Assembly (NCBI GenBank): GCA_051530055.1
Contig: CM121342.1
Coordinates: 12,725,480-12,789,479, forward strand
Direction: 5' to 3'
Source: Neoechinorhynchus agilis
Taxonomy: Eukaryota > Animalia > Acanthocephala
DNA: 64,000 nucleotides
Notes under the pieces: generated by a model
What the model was told of the DNA's origin: nothing
Seen by the model: only the letters and a program-made list of their open reading frames with translations
The model's database searches: none
Shown here: in pieces, positions 61,692 to 64,000 of the stretch
Numbering within the stretch: the first letter of the stretch is position 1
How the letters are laid out: every line of letters begins with the position of its first letter
Position numbers and translations under genes: made by a program

Positions 61692-61889
61692 TTATTGATA
61701 GTTGCAACCTTATTTACCTCCCCGATGACTGATTTATACGAATTTTCGTCAATCCCGGGCACCTGAGTTCTGCCCAAGCTACACTCACCATGTACTATTC
61801 TAGATGCCTGAAGAGGTCTGTATGCAGACGAAAATTCGTACAAATAAATCAGTCATCGGGGAGGTTAATAAGGTTGCAACTATCAATAA
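61692..61889. repeat. inverted repeat (about 60-bp arms) overlapping the hammerhead
   Basis: 61692-61750 is the reverse complement of 61827-61889 with one mismatch and a 4-nt gap. Confidence 0.9.
61804..61848 (+). ncRNA. minimal type-I hammerhead ribozyme plus AATAAA
   Basis: TGC-CTGAAGA(61808-14)-G-GTCTG/CAGAC-GAAA(61830-33)-AT-TC-GTA; stem I 3 bp including G.U; AATAAA 61843-48. Confidence 0.8.
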
Positions 61890-63830
61890 TATAAATGATT
61901 TGAGTAAATATTAAGCTACTACTTGAACGATCACCGATATATACTGATGTTAACAAATAATCTGTAATAGATGAATTAACCGCAGAGCAAATTATCATCT
62001 GGGCTTTTAATCTGTCTAAAGGTACAAGCAAATAAATAATCGTTAAGTCAAAAAAGGTGAGGTCGGAAAATGATGAAACGTAAATATTACACTCATTTTC
62101 TTAAATTGGATAAAAGAAAAAGAAATTTGGAAAAATCTTAGCCTGCCAAGTAAGAAAAATCTTTTAGTTTGTAACCAAACGAAGTTGGGATTAAAAAAAA
62201 TTAAAAATTGTTAACTACATCCATCTAAATTTTATACAAGGTCCCTTCCATATTCGTTTTTATAATCAAAGAAAAAGCAAACATCAAGGAATTTTGTGGA
62301 TGTTCCAAGTGCTTTTGTATTGACTATCGGTAACTTGCGTTGTTTGCACGTTCTAAAAGCTGTTGGTTTCTCTAATTACTAAACGAACTATACAATGTAT
62401 TCGAATGAGTCTTTTGTTTTCATCAAGACGTAATTCACGTTGTGAATGGCGACCTAACATATGCTCAGAATTCTTATTTACTTTGATTTATAGGAAAGGA
62501 TGATGGAATTTTTGCGTTATAAGGATTTGCACAGTAAATTCATTCGAGCAAGCCTTCATTAATCAATCCCCATGAACACGAGTAAAATTCATCAGGAGAA
62601 ACCAAAGGTTACTCGTCCTGCCCTCTACTAAACTTTACTGGAACGGAGGAGTAACTCTAAAGAGAGCCAATGTTTTGTATCACCTGAATAATTAGAGAAC
62701 ATTGAAGATCGAGCATCAGCATTGAATGCGTTCGAATTTACGCATTCTATCGCTGTTTTTTCCAGTTTGATAAACAAATCACGGTTCAATAATTTGCACT
62801 AGTATACATACGGCTTAGGATAAAATACACTAAAATCGGAGGAAATTAAAAATCGAACAGTCTATGAAGAAAGATTAGGAGTTTTCAAAAAATCTCACCC
62901 TAGATTATCAAAAGTCACGCTATTAGGCGATTATTTGGGTTATTTTATTTTCCAGATTAGTTTCTACATGAATGTCTCCCATTTGAGTCATAGTGTAAAT
63001 AGAATTGCGAGAATCGGTAAAGAAGGAAACAGTTGTGTGTTTACTTGTAAAATATCAGAAGAAATTTTTACGATCTTCCGCAGTGCTCAGGAAACTCATA
63101 ATAATCTATAAAGTTTTGTAGAATAATAACACGTTTATTTGTTTGTTAGATAACAAGAATTGTACCCACTTAATTTTGGGTCCTCATTGTGGCATTGTTT
63201 TCGATGACGATAGGATAATTGTTATTTAAGCGATAAACAATATTGGTTTGAAACTATGGAATGCGGATTTGTTGAGGTCGGGCGAAGTTTGTTCGGGTGG
63301 GGATTGGTGGTTATTGTTTGCAGGAGAGTTTGTGAGGTTGGTACAGGTCAGTCGTTGTCATCATTTGCGTCCACCGGTTTTAGGTCTGAGAAGAAAAACG
63401 AGTACGTAGGAATTATGATGATGTGACGTCATTGTGCTGTTAGGACGTTTTTCAAACAGCGAGTTCAAATAAAAATTAACCTTAATTGATTCGTCGGAGC
63501 GCCGATGGGGCAGAAACTGTGGCTGGTTGTGTGTTGAACTGTGACTGACATTTACATTTGCCCTTGGACGCAGAGCACGGTCGAGAAAATGCCTTGAACT
63601 AGAACATTTAAATGGAACATTCATCAAGTGAACACTCGCAGAATGTTGTTTTTCGCAAAAAATGATTCTTGGACAGAGTACTCGTTGGTGTTTTGTTAAC
63701 TTCTCCGAAATTTCCGACAATTCTAATCTTTAAGATTTGGAATTCAACGTAAAGACCTACATTAAATTATAGTTAAAGATAAAATCCATGAGTATGTGGC
63801 GGTGGGGGAAAAATTATATCAAAGAATCAC

Positions 63831-63879
63831 TTTAATCGAAATATTTCGCCCAATCACACTGGACTTCTTCAGTCAATTA
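63831..63879 (-). ncRNA. minimal type-I hammerhead ribozyme plus ATTAAA
   Basis: Minus strand TAATTGA-CTGAAGA-A-GTCCA/TGGGC-GAAA-TA-TT-TCGATTA; 7-bp stem I and 5-bp stem II, each with one G.U. Confidence 0.85.
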
Positions 63880-64000
63880 TCTAAAAAGGAATTAGGAACC
63901 ATCAGTGCCTTATCCGGAGATATCCCCAACCTTAGGGAATAATCTGTCTTATTTCCCTCGAACGTATTGGCTGCCTGAATGAACATGGCTTCGATAATAA
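63873..64000 (-). mobile_element. Penelope-like GIY-YIG C-terminus (element continues beyond the window)
   Basis: IIEAMFIQAANTFEGNKTDYSL aligns with ITMEAIMIEHGNTFTHNKADYTL at 29860-29930; the stop codon lies in hammerhead stem I. Confidence 0.8.

Noticed and set aside
522-63720. Many 60-130 aa ORF-track entries antisense to genes or TEs (e.g. 522-1115, 4271-4666, 21174-21614, 46680-47021, 63361-63720)
   Set aside because: Shadow ORFs without independent support

Overview
Eukaryotic, AT-rich, compact metazoan DNA; no bacterial or phage features and no CRISPR array. The organism cannot be named from the sequence. It has canonical introns of about 40-60 nt and a VMAT-type amine transporter, which suggests an invertebrate with monoaminergic cells (inference). 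Host genes reconstructed by hand: SARAF/TMEM66-like, a lamin-like intermediate filament, an intronless vWA/mucin-stalk membrane protein, an intronless 463-aa orphan, a weak FAM195/MCRIP-like ORF, VKOR, VMAT (two GC-AG introns), a CAP/SCP protein, POLR3C/RPC3, a thioredoxin-fold ORF lacking CxxC, and SH3BP5-like. Much of the intergenic space is retroelement debris: two Ty3/Gypsy, RTE, at least seven CRE-like REL fragments, CR1/L2-like LINEs and Penelope-like elements. There are also MITE-like hairpins, a 4.3-kb satellite of about 240-bp units with higher-order structure, and a 135-bp tandem repeat. Strongest hidden signals: (1) six complete plus one edge-truncated minimal type-I hammerhead ribozyme motifs of the Penelope type, each followed by a poly(A) signal. 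They fall into two stem-III palindrome classes (AATT, ATAT); two have an upstream antisense arm and one sits inside the POLR3C locus. (2) A twice-present junction built from short pieces copied from a host exon, a LINE ORF1 and nearby DNA, fused to a Penelope RT. (3) Splicing oddities: a candidate 10-nt microexon between 24/25-nt introns, GC-AG donors, and acceptors directly before start codons. All homology calls are by eye and need HMM/BLAST confirmation.
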